56,656 nucleotides of DNA from Bacteroidota bacterium (GTDB taxonomy: Bacteria > Bacteroidota > Bacteroidia > Bacteroidales > ML635J-15), in NCBI GenBank assembly GCA_051747965.1, contig JBNJGS010000009.1, forward strand, positions 2,965 to 59,620, in the 5' to 3' direction. The translations under genes and the position numbers were made by a program. Below, one piece after another: positions 19,079-29,001 of this stretch (the stretch's first letter is position 1; every line of letters starts with the position of its first letter). The notes below the pieces were generated by a model. The model did not search any database. It was not told where the DNA came from and saw nothing but the letters and a program-made list of their open reading frames with translations.

Positions 19079-20779
19079 TCAATAATAAAATACCGCAGAA
19101 TCTTCACTGATATTGCCTGCAGCATCAGATACCTGAATTTTCCAATTGTGCCAGCGGCCTTTGGTTACATGCCCGTCAAATTTATAAATCAATCTATCTG
19201 ATTTGGCCTTATGTTCCAGCAATACCCACTTACCGTCTATCCAGGCGTTGTATGTATCCAGGCCGGACAATTCCTCTGACACCCTGTACTGTATGCTGGT
19301 ATGTCCCACAAAACTGACACTGTCCCGCATGTGACTTCCAGACAATTTTGGTGGGATAGTATCCACATCTAAAGAAAAGAAACCGGCCTCATCGGTTTTC
19401 ACGGTGTAATAAGGCCCCTGCCAATACCCCAGCAAACAGGATTCATCATCATTGCGCTCTCTTATCAGTACCGTACGATTCCTGTATTCGGAAGGCACTG
19501 CGGAGGCATCGACCGAAAAAGAAAAAGCTTCCATAAATGCATAATAATGATCCCTGAAATCCCATCCTTCAATTTCTCCTGCGGCATTTCTCCTGCAGGA
19601 AACATCCATGTGTGTATCGCGGTAGAGCGCACCAGCAGGCAGGTATACAAATGCACCTTCAAAAGGTAGTGTGGCAGATTTGCCGGTACTCAGCAGTTTG
19701 CCTTCCTGCAAGCCGGATCTGGTATTTTCCACTCCCTGAATATCAAAAGCAAAAGAAGACCAGTTGCCTGCTCCGTCACGTGCAGTGATTTCGATATTTT
19801 TTCTTTCACCGGCTGCCAGTTCTATGATACCGTCATTTCTTAGCTGCTCAAACATCATTGCATGATTGCCCTTTTCCCGAAAGCAGCGCTGCACATGGAT
19901 TTTATCTGTTTCAAGATGGTATGCATCAAACCATGCTTCCGTGTATTTCTGATATTTCCATGGAAATTCATTGATATGGGAATGATAAAGGGTATCACCA
20001 TCCAGCCTCATCACAAGTTCAATGATGCCATACCGGTTGTAGGTACCATTCATTCTGTCCATAATTTCAGTGCCGATTCCCCATTTGCCGGCATCAAGCC
20101 GTATGCTTTGGTTTTGCACTTCAGCGGCCGACCGCAAAAAAGATCTTTCGGCTTCTGTTTTGTGGTCTGCATCCAGATCATAAAACGCGAGTTTGCGAAA
20201 CTCCGGAGGGATGTCATCTTTGAAGTACCAGAATTGTTGCGGGTTGATAACATTTTGATCCGGAGGCATACGTATTTCAAAATGCAGATGCGGTCCTCCG
20301 GATCGACCGGAATTGCCGGCATAACCGATGATTTCACCTTTTTTAAAGGTGTAAACACTTTGTTCAAAAATGGTATCCAGAAACCAGGATTCATTCTGAT
20401 ATTGCAAATGTCTGGCAAATTCCTGTATATCATCCCGGAAACGATGCATATGGCCGTATAAGGTGATGGTAGAATCTGCATTGCGCAGATAGAGGGCATT
20501 TCCGTAGCCTCCGGCACGGATTTTCATCCTGTACAGTCTGGCATCCTCAATAGAATGCAGTGTGTGACCGACGACTCCCTGCGTTTTAATATCAATGCCG
20601 GTGTGAAAATGTTCTGATCGGGATTCACAAAAGCTGCCGGACATGACCATGGGGATATTGAGTGGGGGGGCATAATCAGGTCTGGATTGTGCAATCAGGC
20701 TTTGAACTGTAGCCACCATTACAACAAGCATGGCCATCCCTTTCAACCCTCTCATGTTTACAATTTCTTTCAACATCAT
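19079..20779 (-). CDS. M23-family metallopeptidase
   Basis: HFHTGIDIK (HxxxD); YGHM; GNSGRSGGPHLHFEIR; start uncertain by a few codons. Confidence 0.9.
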   Translation of the reverse strand: MMLKEIVNMRGLKGMAMLVVMVATVQSLIAQSRPDYAPPLNIPMVMSGSFCESRSEHFHTGIDIKTQGVVGHTLHSIEDARLYRMKIRAGGYGNALYLRNADSTITLYGHMHRFRDDIQEFARHLQYQNESWFLDTIFEQSVYTFKKGEIIGYAGNSGRSGGPHLHFEIRMPPDQNVINPQQFWYFKDDIPPEFRKLAFYDLDADHKTEAERSFLRSAAEVQNQSIRLDAGKWGIGTEIMDRMNGTYNRYGIIELVMRLDGDTLYHSHINEFPWKYQKYTEAWFDAYHLETDKIHVQRCFREKGNHAMMFEQLRNDGIIELAAGERKNIEITARDGAGNWSSFAFDIQGVENTRSGLQEGKLLSTGKSATLPFEGAFVYLPAGALYRDTHMDVSCRRNAAGEIEGWDFRDHYYAFMEAFSFSVDASAVPSEYRNRTVLIRERNDDESCLLGYWQGPYYTVKTDEAGFFSLDVDTIPPKLSGSHMRDSVSFVGHTSIQYRVSEELSGLDTYNAWIDGKWVLLEHKAKSDRLIYKFDGHVTKGRWHNWKIQVSDAAGNISEDSAVFYY

Positions 20780-20812
20780 TGCAAATATCTTTTAAATAAC
20801 TGAAATTTCCAC

Positions 20813-20820
20813 TATTTTTG
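20813..20820 (+). promoter_or_regulatory. -7 promoter element TATTTTTG for the zapB-like/zapA unit
   Basis: Matches TAnnTTTG just upstream of the ORF at 20833/20842. Confidence 0.55.
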
Positions 20821-20832
20821 TAAATAAATGAT

Positions 20833-21159
20833 TTGAATACAATGACAGCCAATACCGATAGTGATAAATTAAAAGAAACCAGAGATATCATCTCATCACT
20901 GAGGGATAAGTCGGCCCGGCTGTATGCAGCATATAATGAAGAAAAAAACAAGAACCATGAACTGACGGAAACGATAAACGGCATAAAGCTTGAAAACACA
21001 GAGTTAAGAAAAAGAATCGAAAAATTAATGTATGAGCTGGAAACAAAAAAGCTCACAAGTACGTTAAATAATAGAGAGACGAAAGAAGAATCGAAGGGAC
21101 AGATAAATACATTAATACGGGAAATTGACAACTGTATAGCTCTGATAAATAAGATATAA
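20833..21159 (+). CDS. Coiled-coil protein upstream of zapA (ZapB-like position)
   Basis: All-helical coiled coil ending INTLIREIDNCIALIN, as in the usual Bacteroidota gene before zapA; start TTG 20833 or ATG 20842. Confidence 0.75.
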   Translation: MNTMTANTDSDKLKETRDIISSLRDKSARLYAAYNEEKNKNHELTETINGIKLENTELRKRIEKLMYELETKKLTSTLNNRETKEESKGQINTLIREIDNCIALINKI

Positions 21160-21167
21160 CAACACAA

Positions 21168-21470
21168 ATGGAAGGAGAATTGAGCATAAAGGTAACTATT
21201 TCAAACCGGGATTATAAGATCAAAATCAACCGGGATGACAGCCATTCTGAGCAAACGCTGAGGCAAGCAGCTCAGATGCTGAATGATATTGCCAATCAAT
21301 TCAAGAACCTTGGTTTGAAAAATAAAGATGAGCAGGACTACCTGGCAATGGCCAGTCTGAATGTGGCGGTTCAGGCACTTGACTCGCAGCATCAGAATGA
21401 TCTGACACCGGTGCTGGAGGACCTGCGGGATTTGAATTTCACAATGAGTTCTTATTTATCAGAAGCGTAA
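21168..21470 (+). CDS. zapA: Cell division protein ZapA
   Basis: IKVTISNRDYKIKI..EQTLRQAA..LN..D.LAMASL; located upstream of 6S RNA and rny. Confidence 0.88.
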   Translation: MEGELSIKVTISNRDYKIKINRDDSHSEQTLRQAAQMLNDIANQFKNLGLKNKDEQDYLAMASLNVAVQALDSQHQNDLTPVLEDLRDLNFTMSSYLSEA

Positions 21471-21499
21471 CGTTCTTTAAATAAAATAATTACGTCTTT

Positions 21500-21696
21500 A
21501 GCCCGTATTCGTTCTTTAAAGATTATGTGACTCAACACTATTGTTATTGGAGCCAGGCTCGCATTGCTGATGGCAGGCCTCGCCCACTGACAAGTTCAGT
21601 GGTTCCGCTTCGGCGGACAGTGGACGTCAGATGTAGTGTGGCAGCTCCACCCATGTAGAAACAGGGGTTTCTATAACTTGAAGAACAATACGGGCT
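21500..21696 (+). ncRNA. ssrS: 6S RNA (SsrS)
   Basis: ~197-nt intergenic segment closed by the long-range stem AGCCCGTATT(C)GTTCTT / AAGAACAATACGGGCT, with a GC-rich internal arm and trailing T-run; lies directly after zapA. Confidence 0.75.
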
Positions 21697-21768
21697 TTTT
21701 TTTATTACTATATAAACGAGACAATGATAAATGATAATTAATGTTAACACTTTTAAAATAAATAATTT

Positions 21769-23304
21769 ATGCTACCATTTGTAATAACAGGCGTAGTAGC
21801 CCTGGCTGCAGGAGCAATCCTATCCTACTATTTGTGGGACAGCGTCCTGGCCAAGAAGAAAAACAAGATAATTGAAGAGGCCAAAGGTGAAGGCGATGTA
21901 ATCAAAAAAGATAAGATACTTCAGGCCAAAGAAAAGTTCCTTCAGTTAAAATCGGAACACGAAAAACATATCAATGAGAAAAATGCCAGGATTTCAGCCT
22001 CCGAAAACAGGTTGAATCAGAAGGAACAGAGTTTTTCTCAGAAGATGGAAGACCTCAACCGCAAGCGTAAGGAGAATGAAGCGATCAGGAAGAATCTTGA
22101 CCTGCAGCTTGAGCGTGTGGAAATGCGGAGTCAGGAGCTGGAGAAAATTCACAATGAGCAGGTAAAACAGCTTGAAACTCTCAGCGGGCTGAGTGCCGAT
22201 GAGGCCAAGCAGCAGCTTGTCAGTTCGCTTAAAGATGAAGCCAGAACTGAAGCCATGTCTTACATCAATGAGATCATTGATGAGGCCAAAATGACAGCCA
22301 ACAAAGAGGCCAAGAAGCTTGTACTTGAAACAGTGCAGCGTACTGCCACGGAAACTGCGATAGAAAATGCCGTCTCAGTATTTCACATTGAAAATGATGA
22401 AATCAAAGGGCGCATTATTGGTCGTGAAGGACGTAATATCCGTGCTCTTGAGGCTGCCACAGGTGTTGAAATCATCGTTGATGATACACCGGAGTCCATC
22501 ATTCTTTCAGCTTTTGACCCGATTCGCCGCGAGATTGCGCGTCTTGCCTTGCATCAACTCATCATTGACGGCCGCATACATCCGGCACGGATTGAAGAAG
22601 TTGTGAGCAAAACCAAAAAGCAGCTTGAAGAAGAAATTGTTGAAACGGGCAATCGTACAGCCATTGACCTGGGTGTGCACGGGTTGCATCCGGAGCTTAT
22701 ACGCATGATAGGACGTCTGAAATACCGCTCATCCTATGGACAAAATCTGTTGCAGCATTCCCGGGAAGTAGCCAATTTGTCTGCAATTATGGCATCAGAA
22801 CTGGGGCTTAACCCCAAACATGCCAAGCGCGCCGGTCTCCTGCATGATATCGGCAAGGTGCCCGACGATGAGCCGGAATTGCCACACGCCATTCTGGGCA
22901 TGAAACTGGCAGAGAAGTACAAAGAAAAGCCGGAGATTGTCAATGCCATTGGTGCTCACCATGATGAAGAAGAAATGACAAGCCTTATCGCCCCGGTTAT
23001 CCAGGTATGCGATGCCATCTCAGGTGCCCGTCCGGGTGCCCGTCGTGAAGTGGTTGAGTCATATATCAAACGTCTGAAAGAACTTGAATCGCTTGCTCTC
23101 TCCTACCCGGGTGTCACCAAGACTTACGCCATACAGGCAGGTCGCGAACTCCGTGTTATTGTAGGCAGCGAAAAAGTCACTGACCAGGAGGCCACCAACA
23201 TCAGCAATGAAATTGCTCAGAAAATACAGGATGAAATGACGTATCCCGGGCAGGTAAAAATTACTGTTATCCGGGAAACCAGATCAGTGAATTACGCAAA
23301 ATAA
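21769..23304 (+). CDS. rny: Ribonuclease Y
   Basis: N-terminal TM; coiled coil; KH domain [16 protein letters not shown]; HD domain GLLHDIGK; [14 protein letters not shown]. Confidence 0.97.
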   Translation: MLPFVITGVVALAAGAILSYYLWDSVLAKKKNKIIEEAKGEGDVIKKDKILQAKEKFLQLKSEHEKHINEKNARISASENRLNQKEQSFSQKMEDLNRKRKENEAIRKNLDLQLERVEMRSQELEKIHNEQVKQLETLSGLSADEAKQQLVSSLKDEARTEAMSYINEIIDEAKMTANKEAKKLVLETVQRTATETAIENAVSVFHIENDEIKGRIIGREGRNIRALEAATGVEIIVDDTPESIILSAFDPIRREIARLALHQLIIDGRIHPARIEEVVSKTKKQLEEEIVETGNRTAIDLGVHGLHPELIRMIGRLKYRSSYGQNLLQHSREVANLSAIMASELGLNPKHAKRAGLLHDIGKVPDDEPELPHAILGMKLAEKYKEKPEIVNAIGAHHDEEEMTSLIAPVIQVCDAISGARPGARREVVESYIKRLKELESLALSYPGVTKTYAIQAGRELRVIVGSEKVTDQEATNISNEIAQKIQDEMTYPGQVKITVIRETRSVNYAK

Positions 23305-23342
23305 AACGACAGGTTTACCTGTTTGATGAAATACTATATGAC

Positions 23343-23378
23343 AAAAGCCGAAGCCACAAAAAGTGGTTTCGGCTTTTT
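23343..23378 (+). terminator. Intrinsic terminator of rny
   Basis: AAAAGCCGAAGCCAC-AAAAA-GTGGTTTCGGCTTTTT. Confidence 0.85.
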
Positions 23379-23463
23379 CTATGCTGCCAGTTTGCAGGTA
23401 AAAACATATGTTGTGATTACCGGCCAGCGGGACAGATCATACCAGCGCCAGGTGGAAGTTGGA

Positions 23464-23645
23464 TATCCTGTTGGGTTGCCGGCTTATTTTTCAGCCGCAA
23501 CAGCATAGCCGCCGGAGAAGGATCCTGCTGTGCGTGCTGAAAAAAGCCAGCAGCACAACAGATAGGAAACGGACACCGCCCCTGCCTGCCGGCTCCTGGC
23601 TACCGTCAGGCAAGTTACCAGCCGTGGCAGGCAGGCAGGAGGGCG
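23464..23645. repeat. Two adjacent long imperfect inverted repeats (GC-rich, REP/MITE-like)
   Basis: ~23464-23505 is an imperfect reverse complement of ~23526-23564; second hairpin CGCCCCTGCCTGCCGGCT...AGCCGTGGCAGGCAGGCAGGAGGGCG at ~23577-23645. Confidence 0.55.
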
Positions 23646-23663
23646 CCATAGCATACAGAAAAA

Positions 23664-24680
23664 CTATTTTTCAACCAACCGGGGAGACAGCACAGACCAT
23701 TTTAGCATACCGGCAAAGTAGCCCAGGCCATAACTCAGGTGAATGCCAAAAAATACAAAAGGCAGAATAAACATTGCCGGGATATCCTTATTTTTCACTG
23801 CCGCTTTAACACTAAAAACCAGGGACAATACAATGTATATCAGGATGGGAAGAGAAAATATCAGTGGATAGAAACCAAGAAGCAGGGCAAGCACAAGTAC
23901 CAGCAGGTAGAGTACAAATGCCGGCGGAGCAAACTGCCTGATGGTGGCGGGATGTTTAAGTTTTTTATTTACCAGTGGTTTATACAGGGCATATTGATAG
24001 AACATTTTCAGGAGTTTTCTGAAGTTTTCCCGCGCTGAATAACGGATTCTGAGGAAAGGCAGCAGGTATATCTTGCCACCGTTTTGAATCAGGCGAGCAT
24101 TGAATTCATCATCCTGATTTCGTTTCAGGTCCCGGTCGAAATCACCGATTTTGTCAAATATTTCCTTTCTATAGCAGCCAAAAGGCACAGTATCCACCTG
24201 CTTAATCTCGCTTGAATTCAGGCGATACATTGCATTTCCCACCCCAAAAGGCGAAGCAGTTGACCAGGCATTGGCCCTGGCAATTAAAGTATTACCTGCC
24301 GGGACGATATCCCAGGCGGCGCCTACATTATCAGCATTGAGCTTTTTGTGGTATGCAATCAAGGTAGAAATATAATCATCAGGATATTCGGAATGAGCAT
24401 CCATACGCACGATATAGCTGCCTTTTGCTTTGGCGATTGCTTTATTCAGAGCATAAGGCACGATACGACGTTCATTTTTGAGCAGATGGATAAAAGGATA
24501 TTTTTTTTCGTATTTTCTGACAATCTCCGGTGTATGATCGCTACTCATTCCATCCACCACAAATATCTCGAGATAATTGTCGGGATAGTCATTTCGGATC
24601 ACAGAATCAAGGCAATTTGCGATAAAGTTTTCCTCATTATAGCAGGGGATGACAACACTTACTAATTCATACTTATTCAT
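23664..24680 (-). CDS. Glycosyltransferase family 2 (ExoA-like, with C-terminal TMs)
   Basis: VSVVIPCYNEE, VVDGMSSD, RMDAHSEY, VDTVPFG, RNQDDEFNARL. Confidence 0.9.
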   Translation of the reverse strand: MNKYELVSVVIPCYNEENFIANCLDSVIRNDYPDNYLEIFVVDGMSSDHTPEIVRKYEKKYPFIHLLKNERRIVPYALNKAIAKAKGSYIVRMDAHSEYPDDYISTLIAYHKKLNADNVGAAWDIVPAGNTLIARANAWSTASPFGVGNAMYRLNSSEIKQVDTVPFGCYRKEIFDKIGDFDRDLKRNQDDEFNARLIQNGGKIYLLPFLRIRYSARENFRKLLKMFYQYALYKPLVNKKLKHPATIRQFAPPAFVLYLLVLVLALLLGFYPLIFSLPILIYIVLSLVFSVKAAVKNKDIPAMFILPFVFFGIHLSYGLGYFAGMLKWSVLSPRLVEK

Positions 24681-25581
24681 ATCCCAGGTAATTTTGCATG
24701 GATGAGATGACAATGCTCAGTTCATTCTTTTCATCAGTTGAGAGGGCAGCAAAAGAATCGACCGGCTTATCATTCATGATATTATGTTTTGGTTTTCCGG
24801 GCAGGTTTTCATTTATTCTGCGGATGATTCTGCCAAGCTCTTCATCCGGGTTTTTCAGTAGTTCTTCATACCGGCACTCAATAAGGGAGTTATCCTTATC
24901 GTGGGTATTGAAATAATTTTTGCCGGCAGACACCAGGGTAAGCCACTGGTCACCAGCAAGCTGTATAGGAGTCAGCATTCTGGATTTGTATTCAAACCCC
25001 GGATATCGCGGCCCCCAGGTTGAGAATTTCAGTATTCCGAGGCTCAGCAATCCGGTTTTCCAGTATCTGCGGAAGCCGGTAACAAACAAAATGGGGTTAA
25101 ATCCTTTTGTCAGTCGCCTGTTGATTTCCACCCACATGTTTTTCAACCTGCCACCCTTTTCATTTTCTCCGGTATCAAACTGTGTGATTTTTTTGATGTT
25201 GCCAAAATACTGTTTACGGATAGAATAGGCAGATGCACGCCCGTCTCTGATGATATGAATGAATATGGCTTCGGGGAAAATCCGGCGCAGGTAGGGCAAT
25301 CGCAAAGCGTTGGATACGGTTTTCTCCAGGTATATTGGTTTATTTCCATTGTCAGCCATCACTCTGGCAATTTGCCTGCGCTTTTTCCTGATTGTCTTAG
25401 CGCCGGCTTTTGACTCCGGGATGATATCTGTTTTCAGGAAGGGATGTGAAGATTTCCAGAATTCATTGATTTCATTGCGGTAAACACAATTTATATTTTC
25501 AAGCAGGCTTGTTGCCAGCAGGTGTGTACCGGAGCGCGGAGCCCCAACTACAAATACGGGTATGAAAGGGATTTTATCCAT
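24673..25581 (-). CDS. PAPS-dependent sulfotransferase
   Basis: 5'-PSB loop VFVVGAPRSGTHLL; LEKT; 3'-PB motif IHIIRDGR..AYS; RYEELLKNP. Confidence 0.88.
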   Translation of the reverse strand: MDKIPFIPVFVVGAPRSGTHLLATSLLENINCVYRNEINEFWKSSHPFLKTDIIPESKAGAKTIRKKRRQIARVMADNGNKPIYLEKTVSNALRLPYLRRIFPEAIFIHIIRDGRASAYSIRKQYFGNIKKITQFDTGENEKGGRLKNMWVEINRRLTKGFNPILFVTGFRRYWKTGLLSLGILKFSTWGPRYPGFEYKSRMLTPIQLAGDQWLTLVSAGKNYFNTHDKDNSLIECRYEELLKNPDEELGRIIRRINENLPGKPKHNIMNDKPVDSFAALSTDEKNELSIVISSMQNYLGYE

Positions 25582-25584
25582 ATT

Positions 25585-26655
25585 TTATTTCATATTTTGC
25601 AGCAGAGCTTCAACAATAATTTCAGCAGCATTTCCTTTTCCATACAATTTTTTGTCAAACAGCGGGGGATTTTTCACAAAGCTGCGATAAGCCGCCTGAA
25701 TATCTTCGGATGAGCTAACGGCCAGCTTGTTATAGCCATGCTCTACCAGTTCTACCCATTCCGTTTCTTCACGCAAAGTAATGCAGGGTTTTTCAAAGAA
25801 AAAAGCTTCTTTCTGCATGCCTCCACTGTCGGTAAAAACACAGTCCGCTGATTTCAGAAGATATATCATTTCAAAATAGCTGACCGGCTCGATGATGGTC
25901 AGGCCTGATAAATTTATCTGTAACTTTTCGGCAATATTTTTTGTTCTGGGATGCAGAGGCAAAACAAGTGGGACTTCCCCAGCAATCTGACGCAGGGCGT
26001 TAAATATCCCTGTAAGCCTTTCCGAATCATCTGTATTTTCAGCTCGATGGACAGTGGCGAGTGCAAATTTTTCAGGCATATCAACATCCGGTTTTTTTGC
26101 AAATTCTGCAAAACAGAGTGCAGCATCATACATCACATCACCGGTAATCAGTATCTTCTTGTCAAACTGATTAAAACCTTCGGCTTTCAGGTTGTCTATT
26201 GCATGCGCGGTAGGGCAAAACAACAAGTCACTCATACGATCTGTCAGAATGCGGTTGATTTCTTCGGGCATTTTATCATTAAAAGATCGCAAACCTGCTT
26301 CTACATGTGCAATTTTTATATGCATTTTTTTTGCTGCCAAAGCAGCAGCCAGGGTGGAGTTTGTATCACCATAGACCAGTACAAGATCAGGTTTTTCTCT
26401 CATCAGGCAGTCTTCGATTTTCTCGAGCATTCTGCCTGTCATTTTTCCATGAGACATTTGATTGATATCGAGATTGTATTCCGGAGCAGGGATTTGCATT
26501 TGTTCAAAAAACACACCGCTCATTTTATGATCGTAATGCTGTCCTGTATGCAAAACCACTTCCCGGATTTCCGGCTGTTTCTGTATTGCTTTGCTGACAA
26601 CAGCAGCTTTAACAAACTGCGGTCTGGCACCAACAACTGTCAAAATTTTCATCAT
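25585..26655 (-). CDS. wecB: UDP-N-acetylglucosamine 2-epimerase (non-hydrolysing, WecB/WbpI-like)
   Basis: VGARPQFVK, HTGQHYD, YGDTNSTLA, HVEAGLRS, MPEEINR, TDSGGMQKEA. Confidence 0.93.
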   Translation of the reverse strand: MMKILTVVGARPQFVKAAVVSKAIQKQPEIREVVLHTGQHYDHKMSGVFFEQMQIPAPEYNLDINQMSHGKMTGRMLEKIEDCLMREKPDLVLVYGDTNSTLAAALAAKKMHIKIAHVEAGLRSFNDKMPEEINRILTDRMSDLLFCPTAHAIDNLKAEGFNQFDKKILITGDVMYDAALCFAEFAKKPDVDMPEKFALATVHRAENTDDSERLTGIFNALRQIAGEVPLVLPLHPRTKNIAEKLQINLSGLTIIEPVSYFEMIYLLKSADCVFTDSGGMQKEAFFFEKPCITLREETEWVELVEHGYNKLAVSSSEDIQAAYRSFVKNPPLFDKKLYGKGNAAEIIVEALLQNMK

Positions 26656-27755
26656 AGTTCTTTATAAATATTATTCAATTTCACTTCTTCGGCTTCCCAA
26701 TTATAGGTAGTTTCAATCAAACGGCGGCCATTTTTGCCATAAAGATTCATTTTTTCTTCCGAATTGACAATTGTATTGATTCCTTTTGCGATTTTTTCAG
26801 GAGAAGCCGGGTTAACACAGACACCACAATTGTTATCGGCGATAATCTGTTTCCACAATTCAAAGTCGGAACCGATGACGGGAAGGCCAGCTGACATATA
26901 TTCAAATATCTTGTTGGGTTGTGCATCAACATGATTGGGATAAGCCAAAAACGTCACCATGCCTGCTTTGGATTCAGACAATATTCCGGCCAGTTTTTTT
27001 CTATCCACCTGACCGATATAATCCACGTTTTTCCATCCCTGCCTGCTTTTAAGTTCTTCTTCAAATGCCTTACTTTCAAATCTTCCGGCAAGCAAAAGTC
27101 TCACATCGCTATATACAAGACTATCGACAAGCTGAAGAAGGCCCCGGATACGGGTAATTACTCCCACATAACAAATCTGATGTTTCTTTGGCAGATTCCC
27201 TGCTGATGAAAACAATTCATTCTTTTTCGGATAATTGTTTATGACAAATGTATCCGGATTGATTTTCAAAAAGCGTTCTGCTATTTTCGGAGTGGCAGCA
27301 ATAAGTGCTGTATATCGTGCAGCATGTTTGTTTTCAAATTTGCGCAGTATGCCGGATATCAGTGGTCTCACCCGCCTGTTAAGATAAGGTTTCCCCATGA
27401 GTTGTTGCGGGACATCCTCGTGAATATCATAAATTACTTTTTTGCCTTTGCGCAAGAGTTTTCTTCCGATGATGATCAATTCGGGATCATGAAAATGGTA
27501 AACATCTGCATCCAGTTCAAGAGCTTTGCGATATATTTTTTGCGGGCTGTGCAAAATACGCTTCATCCGGGATTTTTCTTTACCTACATCAAAAATCGCT
27601 ATATCCTCTTCAGTATGATCATTACCCAGGCCATCAGCGACGACAAAAGCCACTTTGTAGAAATGCTTTTTTAGGCTCAGAATCTCTTTATAATAAACCC
27701 TTGTATCAAGTCGGTTATGAACGCTGGTCAGATGACAAATATACTTACTGTTCAT
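26652..27755 (-). CDS. Glycosyltransferase family 4
   Basis: HLTSVH..DTRV, HFHDPEL, YDIHED, PNKIFEYMSAGLPVI. Confidence 0.9.
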   Translation of the reverse strand: MNSKYICHLTSVHNRLDTRVYYKEILSLKKHFYKVAFVVADGLGNDHTEEDIAIFDVGKEKSRMKRILHSPQKIYRKALELDADVYHFHDPELIIIGRKLLRKGKKVIYDIHEDVPQQLMGKPYLNRRVRPLISGILRKFENKHAARYTALIAATPKIAERFLKINPDTFVINNYPKKNELFSSAGNLPKKHQICYVGVITRIRGLLQLVDSLVYSDVRLLLAGRFESKAFEEELKSRQGWKNVDYIGQVDRKKLAGILSESKAGMVTFLAYPNHVDAQPNKIFEYMSAGLPVIGSDFELWKQIIADNNCGVCVNPASPEKIAKGINTIVNSEEKMNLYGKNGRRLIETTYNWEAEEVKLNNIYKEL

Positions 27756-29001
27756 GGTTATGTTTCTTTACTATTTGTTGGGTATTCACATGTGGATGCA
27801 AAAGTAGTAATGTTACAGGCAATGTCATAACAAACCAGATCAAAGGAAAGCGAATTACTCCTGAGGGGACATTTGTCAGTATCAATAAAAGAAGAATATG
27901 GATGAATGCATACCTGGCGATAACAGAATTGTTGGACAATAAGGCTGCAATAACAAGCATAGAAATAAAGAAGAGGATAATGGGCAATATCCCCAGAATA
28001 CCAACATTGTAAATCATTTCGAGCAAATATGAATGCATGCTGTTCATTTCCACGCCGACCTCCCGATGCAAAAACTGGGTATGATCACCCCAACCATGTC
28101 CTATGATATAATCTCCGGGATTTGACAGTATTTTTTTCCATACCTCCAGTCTTTTATTTGCTGAGGATGCGCTGTGAGCCTGTTCATTAAATTCATGAAC
28201 GCTGACTACACGGGATAAGGAACGCTGAACAACCGGATTCCTGACCTGAATATCTGACACATTATAAATCAAGAGAGTGCTCATAAGCAATACGACGAGC
28301 AGTAGTGATGCGGAGACCAGTAATCTGATGTAATTCAGCTTTACAAACTGATATGATATAATGTAAATCAGAAAAACGAACATGGACAATCTTGACAAGG
28401 TAACAAAAACAATGAAAGCTGTAATGATGAGGCTGACGATCTGTATTGCCCGATCCTTTCTCAATCCTGCCCAGAAAAACACAAAGGCAAAAATCATAAC
28501 AGCTGCCACACTCAGGTCATTGGGATTGGTAAAAAAGGCAGTTGGCACGAATGCAAACTTAAGTTCCTCAGAATGTGCGGGTAAATGCAGCCCTGTAATC
28601 ATTTCAAAAATGACAATCGCGCAGATGAGAATCAAAAAGAAAAATAAAGTTTTATAAATGACATGATACACTTTCAGGCCATGGCTTTTTACCATCCAAT
28701 AGAGCCAAATCAGCAGAACAAGAAAAATCATTGAGTAAAACAGATCCTTGACAGCTTCCAGGCCGTGGGAATTCCCCCAAACAAAGTAAACGACATAAAT
28801 GACTAACTGGATAAACAATAAAAAGTAGAATTTAATGACATTTTCAGAAAATCCTTTTTTTATAGCCATTATGGGTAAGCCGATGATCAGACCTGCAAAA
28901 AACAAATTAAACAGGGTCAGGGATGTATCAAGGAGGTATAAGTTACTTCCGATAAAAAGTGCAAGAATAAATATTCTAATCATCCAGGCCATTTCCAACA
29001 A
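27745..29001 (-). CDS. Wzy polymerase / O-antigen ligase family membrane protein
   Basis: ~11 TM helices; FTNPN; TLSR; periplasmic loop with R..VW, GHG.G and HS..LE....G..G; lies in a glycan locus with wzx. Confidence 0.75.
   Translation of the reverse strand: MLEMAWMIRIFILALFIGSNLYLLDTSLTLFNLFFAGLIIGLPIMAIKKGFSENVIKFYFLLFIQLVIYVVYFVWGNSHGLEAVKDLFYSMIFLVLLIWLYWMVKSHGLKVYHVIYKTLFFFLILICAIVIFEMITGLHLPAHSEELKFAFVPTAFFTNPNDLSVAAVMIFAFVFFWAGLRKDRAIQIVSLIITAFIVFVTLSRLSMFVFLIYIISYQFVKLNYIRLLVSASLLLVVLLMSTLLIYNVSDIQVRNPVVQRSLSRVVSVHEFNEQAHSASSANKRLEVWKKILSNPGDYIIGHGWGDHTQFLHREVGVEMNSMHSYLLEMIYNVGILGILPIILFFISMLVIAALLSNNSVIARYAFIHILLLLILTNVPSGVIRFPLIWFVMTLPVTLLLLHPHVNTQQIVKKHNHEQ

Noticed and set aside
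23323-23770. Short + strand ORFs 23323-23508 and 23459-23770
   Set aside because: They run through a terminator and inverted repeats, one overlaps a real gene antisense, and neither has protein-like features
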